DNA from: Hemiscyllium ocellatum
Taxonomy: Eukaryota
Reading direction: 5' to 3'
NCBI RefSeq assembly: GCF_020745735.1
Contig: NC_083412.1
Location: 34,413,181 to 34,477,180, forward strand
Length of the DNA stretch: 64,000 nucleotides
Of this stretch, positions 1 to 11,320 are shown in pieces (the first letter of the stretch is position 1; every line of letters starts with the position of its first letter). A program made the position numbers and the translations under genes. The notes below the pieces were generated by a model that was not told the origin of the DNA, ran no database searches, and saw only the letters and a program-made list of their open reading frames with translations.

Positions 1-4
1 CTTT

Positions 5-787
5 CCCTAGGACCTTACCATTAAGTGTGTAAGTTCGGCTAAGATTTGTTTTCCCAAAATGCAGCAAATCGCATTTATCTGAGTTAAATTCCATCTGCCA
101 TTTCTCATTTTGTTGCTGAACAAAGAGACCATGGAGTGCAGGTTCATAGCTCCTTCAAAGTGGAGTCGCAGATAGATAGGATAGTGAAGAAGGCGTTTGG
201 TATGCTTTACTTTATTGGTCAGAGTATTGAGTACAGGAGTTGGGAGGTCATGTTGCGGCTGTATAGCACATTGGTTCGGCCACTGTCGGAATATTGCATG
301 CAATTCTGGTCTCCTTCCTATCGGAAAGATGTTGTGAAACTTGAAAGGGTTCAGAAAAGAATTACAAGTATGTTGCCAGGGTTATAGGGAAAGGTTGAAC
401 AGGCTGGGGCTGTTTTCCCTGCAGCGTCGGAGGCTGAGGGGTGGCCTTATAGAGGTTTATAAAATTATGAGGGGCATGGATAGGGTACATAGGTAATGTC
501 TTTTCCCTGGGGTCGGGGAGTGCAGAACCCGAGGGCAGAGGTTTAGGGTGAGAGGGGAAAGATATAGAAGACACCTAATGGGCAACATTTTTATGCAGAG
601 GGTGTTACATGTATGGAATGAGCTGCCAGAGGATGTGGTGGAGGCATTTGGATGGGTATATGAATAGGAAGGGTTTGGAGGGATATGGGCCGGGTGCTGG
701 CAGGTGGGACTAGACTGGGTTGTGATATCTGGTCGGCATGGACAGAAGGGTCTGTTTCCATGCTGTTCATCTCTATGACTCTATGAC
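5..787 (+). mobile_element. CR1-clade LINE 3' fragment with 5' inversion
   Basis: 111-787 is colinear with the 3' part of 60518-62060 (LVRPLSEYCMQFWSP; TCTATGAC tail); 5-107 is the reverse complement of the preceding LINE segment. Confidence 0.85.
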
Positions 788-1520
788 AAGCAAGCTTACC
801 GTATGGTCAAAAGCAGACCATTCTGATGAGTAACACTGGCACAATAGTCTTCGCATCTAATTGAAATATTGGCTATTGACCAATGCAAAAATCATAAATA
901 TTGCTATAATCTGCCTAGAAACCACTAATTTTTACAAGATATTTGCATTTTCAGGAACTCAGTGGATCACACAGAGACTTTCAAGATTTCATATTTCTAC
1001 GGTAACAAACCAAAAGCAACAGTGAGTAAACAAATTCAGTAATTAGGTGTGATTATCCAGAACACTAAACTGACCACCTCACATGCATAACATAGTCATG
1101 AGGACAAGTTACACAAAGCACCTACGACATAACTGCATTCTGTACACAGCAATGATATCATCAGTACATGCACTGCTGATGTGGAGTTTGGGAAAGCAAA
1201 GTCAGGGCTGGGACTCTGGTGTGAATAGGGTCAAAAGTTGGGAGGCCTGCAATGGGAGCAGAGGAGCTAGCCTCCATTTCTCCATTTTGTGCATTTAATT
1301 TTATTTTAAAAATCACTTTTTTCAAAAAAAAACAGAACGTTTCTAAATGCACACTTCCTGAGACTGGCTACTGCTTTCCATCATTTACAATGATCCTGGC
1401 TTTCTTTTTGCTTACATGTACTTTATGCACCACCAGTAGGTGGCCTTTATATGAATCACAGCCTTGGAAGGGAACTGCTACTCGACTGCAGAAAAAAGGT
1501 CCTCCTGTCACTTTTACCTT

Positions 1521-1673
1521 TGATGTAGGTGTGCCGGTGTTGGACTGGAGTGGACAAAGTCAGAAATCTCACAACATCCAACAGGTTTAATTGAAATCAC
1601 AAGCTTTTGGAGCATTGGGGCTGTGATTTCAAATAAACCTATTGGACTGTAACCTGGCATTGTGAGATTTCTA
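1521..1673. mobile_element. Miniature fold-back Penelope pLTR derivative
   Basis: Starts with the same tail as 16559-16600 (TGCCGGTGTTGGACTGG...CAAAGT), then two inverted pLTR ends; near-perfect TSD CTTTTACCTT / CTTTTATCTT. Confidence 0.75.
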
Positions 1674-2649
1674 CTTTTATCTTTACTGATAAAGGAAGCA
1701 TTTTACTTTTCTGGGTCTCTCTTTCAGGCTGTTTTGTGCCTAAGAGGTTGAGTGATATCTTAGAAACTGTAACTCAATATAATAATGATTTTCTGTGAAC
1801 TTGCCATCCCAAAGACTGTCTCTATTGCAAAGTGCGTCAGTTGGATCAAGCATCAAAGCAAAAATGCTGGTTAACTATTCTCTAGACCTCTTAGACCATT
1901 CTACCTTGGAATTATACTGGCAGTTGTAAGTACAAAAGCTTATAAAGCTGACATTCTAAGCATTTCCATGAGAATTGACCGATAAGTGGCACAACTACTC
2001 TCCATTATCTATATATGTTAATATCTAGAACCTTCTTCTTCCCAGCAAATCAACCTGGGTCTTCCTTGAGCAACCAAGTTGAAAAACACCAAAGTAGAGC
2101 AGGTTGCCTTACCAGTCCTTTGTTTATTTTACCTTAAAGATTTAGTCCCATAATCTCATAAATTTTGCATTTGTAACAAAACTAAAGTCAAGGATGAATT
2201 TTAAAGAGTCATGAAAGCCAAATTCAAAAGTCACGAAGCTGTCTATTGTTTCCCAGCATGCTATGACAAATGTATCATTGGCTGCAGGTTTGTGACAATA
2301 GTCCTCCACATTGTCAATTACCAACTTCACCTAGTATTGGGAAGCATCAATGACCGGATGCACTAGATGAAAGGGAAAGATACCAGTGTTTGTTCCTTGT
2401 AGTTAAGTGGGGTATACACCTATTCCCTGAGTTAAGGATATTGCAATTCTCAAGGAAACACTAAAAGAGAATGGAATAAGAAAAATGTCTCAAAGAAATG
2501 AAAACCTGTGGTGGATTGATACATTAAAATGTGTAAAAGTGCTAATCAATGGATAAAAGATTCCAATTTCCAGATCCCTTTTTGTTTTCAACTTTAGCAA
2601 GTTAATTTTCAGTATTTTTAAGAAACGTTTCCTTCAGTTTTTCATATAC

Positions 2650-2797
2650 CTGTTCATTTATGAGCATCTGTTGGAGTTTTTGGTGATCCTCAATGTTTCC
2701 AAGATTTTGGTGCACAGTAAAGCATAAGCATTCCATGAATGCTGATACAATTGCTGAACTCTCACTGCAGCTCGTCAAGGCACGTTCACTCTGTAAT
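2650..2797 (-). CDS. LTN1: LTN1 exon 9 (last exon visible; gene continues left of window)
   Basis: ttAG/GTata boundaries, 148 nt, LQSERALTSCSESSAIVSAFMECLCFTVHQNLGNIEDHQKLQQMLINEQ; phase continues from exon 8. Confidence 0.92.
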
Positions 2798-3649
2798 CTA
2801 ATCAAAAATAAAAGGACATCTTTTTAAAATAACAGGAGATATTAGTTCCCTAAATTATCTCAGATAAATTGTAAACTCTGAAGTGCAATCCAAGTCCACT
2901 TCTTTTGCAAATGTTTCTTTATTTTCTGTAAGGAATCTGTCCGCTTCCTTTGGCATTCACTTCAAAGATGGGGTAAGAAAAAGCAACCTGTGAAGTACTG
3001 AATGAAGTTGCATTCTCCAACAGCTAAAGGCATTATATACTCAAGTTTCAATTTGCTACACTACCACGCTTCATTTCATTAAATTCAGTAAAATGCACAA
3101 ATCTCTAAGTACTGTTTTGGTTACGAGTAGCATTTCAGTTTTAGGTGATGTGGCTAAAATGCACATTTCCAGATGTAATGATCCAGTAAGAAATTCAAAA
3201 GAGGCTTATATACCAGTGACATCAGAATGTGGACTATACTATCACAAGGAGTAATCAGGATGAAACATATCTATATAGTTGAAGAGACACAAGGAAGAAT
3301 AAATGGATTATTACATTAGCAGGCTCAGATTGAGGCTCTTGTGGAGCAAAAACAAAGGTGGGAAACAGGTCCAACTGTCTTTTCTGAACATTACAATATA
3401 TGCAATATGGCAGAGCACCGGTCAGATAGTAGCAAGGGCTGTTCTGCTCTCATATTCAGCTCAATGTAGTAATGTGACATTTCTATATGGTCTGACTTTC
3501 TGCTCTCCCCAGTATTGTGTTTAAATCCTCAGCCACCTCCAATTCTAAGTGCATAATTTTGTATTCTGACCTATTTTTTTCCTTTTATACTGTAAAGTTA
3601 ATTCAATAACAATAGGGAACAATGATAAAAAGGGAAAGGTACAGAGTGT

Positions 3650-5900
3650 GTTTAGGAGTCAGGAATATCAAAAACAGATTGCAAGATTTTTATAACTATA
3701 TAAAAAGGAATAGAATAACAAAAAGGAATGTTGATCCCTTAGCTGCACAGACAAAATAAACTATCATGGACTGAGGAAATGGCAGATACATTTGTCCTCA
3801 TCTTTGCAGTAAAATACAGGTTAGATAGCAGAAATATATTATAACCTAGGGACTATTAAGAGTACGAAATTAAAATAATTAGTTATTAGCAAAGAAAAAG
3901 TACTTAAGAAACTCAAGGGACTAATATCTGAAAAATCCCCAGGATCTGATGGCCTACCTCGCAGAGTTCCAAAAAAACCCACTAGAGACCCAGTACATGC
4001 ACTGGCTATGATTTTTCATGCTGACCTAGATTCTTCGACATTCCCATCAGGCTGGGCATCAGATTTTTTTTTAATTCACTCATGGTATACAGAGATCCTA
4101 CTGCTCTAGAGAAGGTTGTGGAGAGCTGTTTGCACTCCTTGCGTGTAGGAATGCCCATTGCCAAAAGGGCATTTCCAAGATTATGGCCCATCAACAGCCA
4201 TCAGGGTGAATGGGTCCTGAGTTTTGTGCGAAGACATAGCTCGTCAATTTTACACATTGGAAAATTTCAGCATTTGTGGCTGCACTGGAACAGCATGTCT
4301 CGGAATGAGGTCTGTTTGGAGTATTGATCTTCAGTACCTATTACAAGAATTCAGTCAGGATGCATGGTCTTTGAATTATACTGTGCCTCCAGCCATTTAT
4401 TGAAATCACAAGGAGTGCTTTGGTTCAAAGCTGACATCAATGATGCTGGGGACCTGAGGTGAAGGCTGAGACTGATCATTCACTAGCCATCCCTGGCTGA
4501 AGATGGATGAAAATGCTTCAGCATTGTCTTTTGCATGGCTCAGTGGTTAGCACTACTGTCTCACAGCGCTAGGGACCTAGGTTCAATTCCAGCCTCAGGC
4601 GACTGTTTGCATGGAGTTTTCACATTCTCCCTGGGTGACTGCCTGGGTTTCCTCCAGGTGCTCCGGTTTCCTTCCACAATCCAAAGATGTGCAGGTTAGG
4701 TGAATTGGTCATGCTATATTGCCCATAGTGTTTCAGGGATGTATAGGTCAGGTGCACTGGTCAAGGGTAAATGCAGAGTAATAGGGTCGGGGTGGGTTAC
4801 TCTTCGGAGGGTTGGTGTGGGCTTGTTTTGCCTGATGGCCTGTTTCCACACTGTAGGTGTTCTATGATTTCTATGACTTATATATGCTGGGCTTCCCCAT
4901 TGCTGAGGATGAGGATATTTGTGAATCCTCTTCACGTTGGTTATCTGGTTAATTGTCCATCACCAATCACAACTGAATGTGGAAGAATTGCAAAACTTAG
5001 ATCGGAATTGTTAGTTGTGCAATTGTTTAGCCTCGTCTCTTGCAACTGCTTACACTGTTTGACATGTAAGTAGTCTTTTGTTGTAACTTCAAAGATCGGC
5101 ACCTGATTGTTTGATATGCCTCATTTTGCTTCTGGCAAACCCTCCTACACTCCTCATTGAACACTCCTAATCAGGAAAAGAGAGAAGGGGAAAACAGTGA
5201 ACTAGAGGCCAATTAACATACCACCAGTCATTGGAAAAGTACTGGAGGCTAGGATTAAGTCTTAACAGTGCACTTGGAAAAAACATAGTATGAGTTGAAG
5301 GCAACATTGCTTTGAAAGGGAAACCTGGATTGACAGATTTAGATTTTTTGACAATGTAACTTTTAGGCTAGATGAAAGGAAACCGGTAGATGCAAAGTAT
5401 TTGGATTTCCATAAGGACTTCCATAGGTTGTTTCCCAAATATTTAATACACAAGATAAGGTTTGTGAAATTCAAACAAGAATCTCAAAAAGTTAGTATGC
5501 AGGTTGAGCAAGTAGACTGGAGGATAAATGGAAATTTATTGTGAAATGCAAGGAGAATGGAACATAAGAGTTAAGAGGCCTTGCTACAATTGTTTAGGAT
5601 GTTGATGAGACCACATATGAGTACTTTGGTTTCCTCTCATTAGAAAGGATATAATTGCATGTGAAGCAGCGCTAAGAAGCTTCACTCGGCCAATTTCCAG
5701 GATGAAGGGGTTATCTTATGAGGAAAGATTGTACAGGTTGGGTCAGCAACCAATGGAATTTAAAAGAATGAAAGACTACCTCAATCAAACATGCCAGATC
5801 TTGGGGGACTTCACAAGGTGAATTCTGAAGGTTGTTTGTACTCATGGGAGAGTAGGGAACCCAATTTTAAACTCTCATTTAAAAGAGAGTGAAGAGATGA
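3650..5900 (+). mobile_element. Nested decayed LINE fragments (CR1-like, interrupted by another LINE piece and a SINE)
   Basis: KSPGSDG-like remnant near 3930 and YLDF-like remnant near 5400. Boundaries approximate. Confidence 0.5.
4533..4877 (+). mobile_element. tRNA-derived SINE (HE1-like)
   Basis: Box A TGGCTCAGTGG, box B GGTTCAATTCC, conserved body, LINE-like GGCCTGTTTCC 3' end. Confidence 0.85.
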
Positions 5901-6422
5901 GTTTTTTGAGAAGGCTGTTTTTTTTAATTCTCTTCATCAGTGAACAATTATTAAGACTGAATGACCTACTCCTGCTCATAATTCATATACACAAACAAAT
6001 AAATCTGCCAAAAGCAGAGTGCAAAATCTTCACTGCCTTTGATGACAGGACTAATGCATTATTATCAAAGGCTGCGTGGCATAAAGGACGATGCAAGCCA
6101 CAACTAACCTGTCACTTTTTGTGCTAAAATTACCCTAGCTTATTTCATTTTGGGCTCTTAGGATAAACAGAGAGACAGGACAATGTTGAACTTTAACCCA
6201 GAACTGGAAACAAAATAGCAGCATGCTATATCAATGATCCAGTCAATTATCCTTTAAAATCAGTGTTGCCTTTTCCAGAAATCTATTTTCTGAGTTGCGT
6301 ACACTTCTTTGCAAAACACCACTTAAAATATTTAAATTTCTCCAGGCCAGGCTGCTTTGTAAATAGCTAAACAACATAATGATGCAGTGCTCTGTTGATT
6401 GAAATTTTTAAACAAATCATAC

Positions 6423-6613
6423 CCCACGCTAACAGTATTGAAGAACAAGGTGAAAAATTCTATCTTTGATCCAATTACTTCTTCGGGTATCTTGCTGATG
6501 AATGGTAAAAGACTTGGATAAACAGAAGTAGCCAGGCCACGACCACCTTCTTTAAGAACTGCCCACAACTTTGGCAAAATTCCTTTCTTTGCGTTTACAT
6601 GGACCCAGCAATC
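6423..6613 (-). CDS. LTN1: LTN1 exon 8
   Basis: ttAG/GTatg boundaries, 191 nt, DCWVHVNAKKGILPKLWAVLKEGGRGLATSVYPSLLPFISKIP... Confidence 0.95.
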
Positions 6614-7908
6614 CTAACAAAACCGTAAATAAGATAAAGCAGTGTTGTTAAAATATTGTAATACTGGATGGCAAACATGAATTCACTGGAAACAATATCT
6701 CTGCAACCACATGAACCAGAATACCAAAATATTGACATTGTCTCCTCATGGCACTAATCTTAAAAGCACATTGAAAAATGCTATTACAATCTCAGGAAAA
6801 AGCATCTGTAATGATATTACTAAACATCTCCTATCTTAATTTACTTACATTTCAAAATCTAAATTTTTATAATAAAAACTATCTGTATTGTGATGGTAGC
6901 TATGAAGATTGCTGATAAAATCATGACTAGTGAAAAATAAATACCTGACCTCAGAGACGCAACGTGACAGACTGTGACACAGAACACAGATTACAAGACT
7001 TTGAACCTGTACTTTGTTCCATTTAATCTAAATCAGCAGGCAAGAACAAGGATAGATAGGAAATAGGGTATGTATTTTTGTGCCATTTGAACAAATGCAT
7101 AATAACAAAGTATTTCAATCAAAACCAAATATGCTCCTGATCTATCACCATTTTTAAAAAAAAACTTGAACATTTTATTCTGAAACTGTAGCTTTGTTGT
7201 CTTCAGTTACAAACCACTCAATGTTCTTTTTTTCAGCTAAGGATCCACCCAAGGTTGACAAAAAACTGGGACAATCTTTATTTTCAACAAATTTTAGTGT
7301 TACCTAAGATGATCTGAGCAACATCCTCACTTTGGGCAATCTCAGAGAGAAGAGAAGGAAAGCAAACTTGAATAGACTTTGTTTGGGTAATTTTTCACAG
7401 CTCCTCTTCTCATCTCTTTTTGTCAGGATGATGTTTAATAAACATCCTCTGATACTTCCACAAATGGCCACTGTTCAAATGAGAGCTAGAGAGGGTACCC
7501 ATAGCCTGAGATAAACACAAGTGCCAAAACTGAACATGATACCATTGTCAGCTGACATACAGACTAATTCTAACAGGAATTATCAGACAATGATTAGAAG
7601 AAAAAGTCATGGCAAACTTCTCCACCTAACCAAGGGGTACTGCTACCATAATAAAACCAATTCATTCACTACAAACTAAATGAAACCCCTATTATAAATT
7701 ACTTTAACCCATTGATTCAGTGGGAATTCCAGAGTCCCAGCTTAAATAATTAATCTTTGTTTGAAAATAGAACACCAAAATTTCTTCACTAAAACATTAA
7801 CACAAACATTCTTTTGCTATTTTACAATAATATAATGCAATGCATTTTTAAAAATCAATAAAATAATACTTTGTATGCCTGAATTGTTGATTTTAAGTTT
7901 CATGTTAC

Positions 7909-8082
7909 CTCAATACAGGTGAGCACATAAAGTGCTGCCGCCCACACAGAAGGGCATACGACTGGATCCATGTCATCTATATTCAGTAGCACAGCGGGAC
8001 ACACTCGTGCAGCTTCAGATTTCATCAGCTCAGGCAAGTATTGGCAAAAAGCAATAATCAATTCAAAGAAAGCTGAGCGGAT
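7909..8082 (-). CDS. LTN1: LTN1 exon 7
   Basis: ttAG/GTaac boundaries, 174 nt, [58 protein letters not shown]. Confidence 0.95.
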
Positions 8083-8955
8083 CTAACAAATTTTTAAAAA
8101 AATATTGTAAGTGTTTTAGAACCTCACCATTTCCATAAAGATATTAATATAAATGCTTTGTACTCATTGGATCCCAAAAGGTTAATTCTGATCTGCAAAG
8201 TTCAAGTGGTCAATAAAATGTACCATGCCACCATCAGGTTATATTATTGTGAATGAAGGTTATAAAACAAGACACAAATTCTCATAAACAATCAATTTTC
8301 CTGTATCAGGGAGTTTTATTTCCCCCAGTTATCCTACATTCTTTGAAAATCCAATCTTATTTTCAACTGACTGTTCTAAAAGTAAAGCTTACAATTAGGA
8401 ATAAATTGAAGGATTAATTTTGGCAAGATAAAGTCTCCACAAAACAATGTTCTGATGTAACAGTTTTAGATAATATTTATAAACAAGAGTGACAAATTCT
8501 TCTCAAATCTCATTTACTATCATCATGTTTCTTCCTCCTGCCAAGCTGTCATACAAAATTGGCAAATTGGACTTTGGGCATTGTTTATTGCAAACTTGTG
8601 GGCTGAACTAGTCCTGCTATTTCCCTCTGCCCAAGAACCGTTGTTGTCAAAAGATACATGTTCAATCACTGCACCATAGGTTATCTAAATCAAAGCTAAG
8701 GGGTACAGATTAGAAGTCCAGCAATTCAGTGCTACAACTTTCCAGCATCCTTTGACTTTTAACTGAATTGTTAAAACAACCATTTTATGAATAGGAAAAC
8801 CACTATTTAATAAAAATTTGGAAAACCTTTAAATTAGAGAAGTTTCACAAGGTTGAGGGGCTCAGTTTCTCATGTAATAGGTAAAATTATATTTGTTAAA
8901 TTACTGCAATAATTAATGATTTCGTTTAATATACCAGAGAATGGTTAAGCCGAAC

Positions 8956-9136
8956 CTGTGGGGTTTTGTGCTTGCTGTATTTCCAGAACTTGGACTGTGA
9001 TAGAATAGCCAATAGTCTGTTCTTCAGGACAATGTTCTCATTTTCAGGGAGAAGGTCAAGTAGCTTTTTCAGAGCCAGAAGTGAACTTGTGACAATCCTT
9101 ATGTATTTTTCTTCCCTTTCTTCCTCTGGAACACTT
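8956..9136 (-). CDS. LTN1: LTN1 exon 6
   Basis: ctAG/GTtcgg boundaries, 181 nt, [26 protein letters not shown]...[13 protein letters not shown]. Confidence 0.94.
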
Positions 9137-10487
9137 CTAGGTTTGAACACCAATTTATGTTGTAAATGAATGCTAATCACATGCAATATTACAGTCATTA
9201 GATAATAAAACAGTAAAATTATCTGAATATTACCTACACTTCTCAAAAACATATTATATTGTTAGCATACTTACAATACAGCATTTAGAAGAGTGATCAT
9301 TTAATGTTTACTTTTGGTATTCCACCCTTTATGGCTATCCATTAGGGATAAAAATAATTTTTTACTTGCAAGGGTTCTTTTAATATTTCTGAGATGACTA
9401 CTTCATGATTTTCAGAGACTCACTTTCTTTCCCATTCTAACTAACTCCATTATTAGGTAATGCCATCATGGAGGAAAATTAACTTTTGAATTTGTGATGA
9501 AATTTTTGGGGGATTTCTTTATGTAAGGAAGATAGTACAAATACAAGAATATAAAGGTTACAAAGAAACATAGAAAACATAAGGAGGAGGTTATTCAGCC
9601 CTTTGAGCCTGCTCTGTCATTCATTATGATCAGGGATGATCATCCAACTTTTCCACCATCCCCTTTGATCCATTTAGCCCCAAGTGCTCTATCCAACTCT
9701 TTCTTGAAATCATAACAATGTTTTGACCACAAATGCTTTCTGTGATAGCGAACTCCACAGGCTCACACTATGGGTGAAGAAATGTCTCTTCACCTGACTC
9801 ATAAATGGTGTTTCCCCATATCCTTTGACTGTGACACCTGGTTCTGAACTCCTCCATCTTCAGTAATATCCTTTCTGTAACTACCCTGTCTAGTCCTTTT
9901 AAACTTTAATGGTTACTGTGAGATTTCACCCTCATTTTCTCCCTCAGCAAATACTGACCTAACTGATTCAACCTCTCCTCATATGTCAGTTCTGCCATTC
10001 TTGCAATCAGACTGGTGTACCTTTACTGCACTCCCTCTAAGAAGAACACTCATCCTCAGAAAAGGAGACCAAAACTGCATATGATATTCATCATGTGGCC
10101 CTGTATAATTTCAGCAAGACATCCAGTCTCCTATACTCAAATATTCTCACTATGAAGGACATCATTTTCCTTCACGATCACCTGTTGCACCTGCATGCTT
10201 ATCTTCAGTGACTGGGATATGAAGACACCCAGCTCCCATTTCATATTACCCCATCTCAATTTATAGCCATTCTGATAATAATCTACCTTCCTGTTTTTAC
10301 TTCCAAAGTGGATAACCTCACATTTATTCACATAATAGTGCATTTGCCCACTCACTCAGCTTGTCTAAATGACAATGAAGAATCTCTGCACCCTCCTCAC
10401 TTCTCACCTTTCCAGCCAGATTTGTGTCACCAGCGAATTTAGTTCCCTCATCTTAATCATTCATACATATGTTGTGAATAGCTGGGG

Positions 10488-10881
10488 TCTTAGCACTGAT
10501 CCCTGCAGTACCCCATTCGTCACTACTTGCCATTCAGAGAAAGATTCACTTATTCCTACTCTTTGTTTCCTGTCAGCCAATCATTTGTCTGTCCATTTGA
10601 ACAAACAACTCGCAGTTCAATGTGCTTTAATTTTACACGCTAATCCCATATGCAGGTCTTTGTCGTAAGCCTTCTGAAAGCCCACATCAGTCATATACAC
10701 TACCTCCCTCTCATCAACTCCATGAGTTATAGTCTCAAAGAATTCCAGTGGATTTATCAAGCACGATTACATTAGCTACTCTCTAATCTTAGCACTGATC
10801 CCTGCAGTACCCATTCGTCACTACTTGCCATTCAGAGAAAGATTCACTTATTCCTACTCCTTGCTTCCTGTCAGCCAATCA
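10488..10881 (+). repeat. About 95 bp direct duplication (10488-10583 / 10787-10881)
   Basis: TCTTAGCACTGATCCCTGCAGTAC...CAGCCAATCA occurs twice, with 1 indel and 2 substitutions. Confidence 0.92.
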
Positions 10882-10884
10882 GTT

Positions 10885-11320
10885 GGCTGTCCGAAAGACT
10901 GAAGCGACTGGGCTTGTATACCCTTGAGTTTAGAAGACTGAGAGGGGATCTGATTGAGACGTATAAGATTGGACACTCTGGCAGCAGGAAACATGTTTCC
11001 GCTGATGGGTGAGTGCCGAACCAGAGGACACAGCTTAAAAATACGGGGTAGACCATTTAGGACAGAGATGAGGAGAAACTTCTTCACCCAGAGAGTGGTG
11101 GCTGTGTGGAATGCTCTGCCCCAGAGGACAGTGGAGGCCCAGTCTCTGGATTCATTTAAGAAAGAGTTGGATAGAGCTCTCAAAGATAGTGGAATCAAGG
11201 GTTATGGAGATAAGGCAGGGAGCGGATACTGATTAGGAATGATCAGCCATGATCATATTGAATGGCGGTGCAGGCTCGAAGGGCTGAATGGCCTACTCCT
11301 ACACCTAGTGTCTATTGTCT
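10885..11320 (+). mobile_element. Young CR1-clade LINE 3' fragment (third family)
   Basis: RTRGHSLKIRGRPFRTEMRRNFFTQRVVAVWNALP; nearly identical to 23300-23692. Confidence 0.88.

Noticed and set aside
800-2640. Search for LTN1 exon 10
   Set aside because: No minus-strand frame resembling the expected continuation; it must lie left of the window.
4533-4600. tRNA-like A and B boxes (also at 25698, 43948 and about 57100)
   Set aside because: These are SINE heads that continue into the SINE body; no complete cloverleaf.
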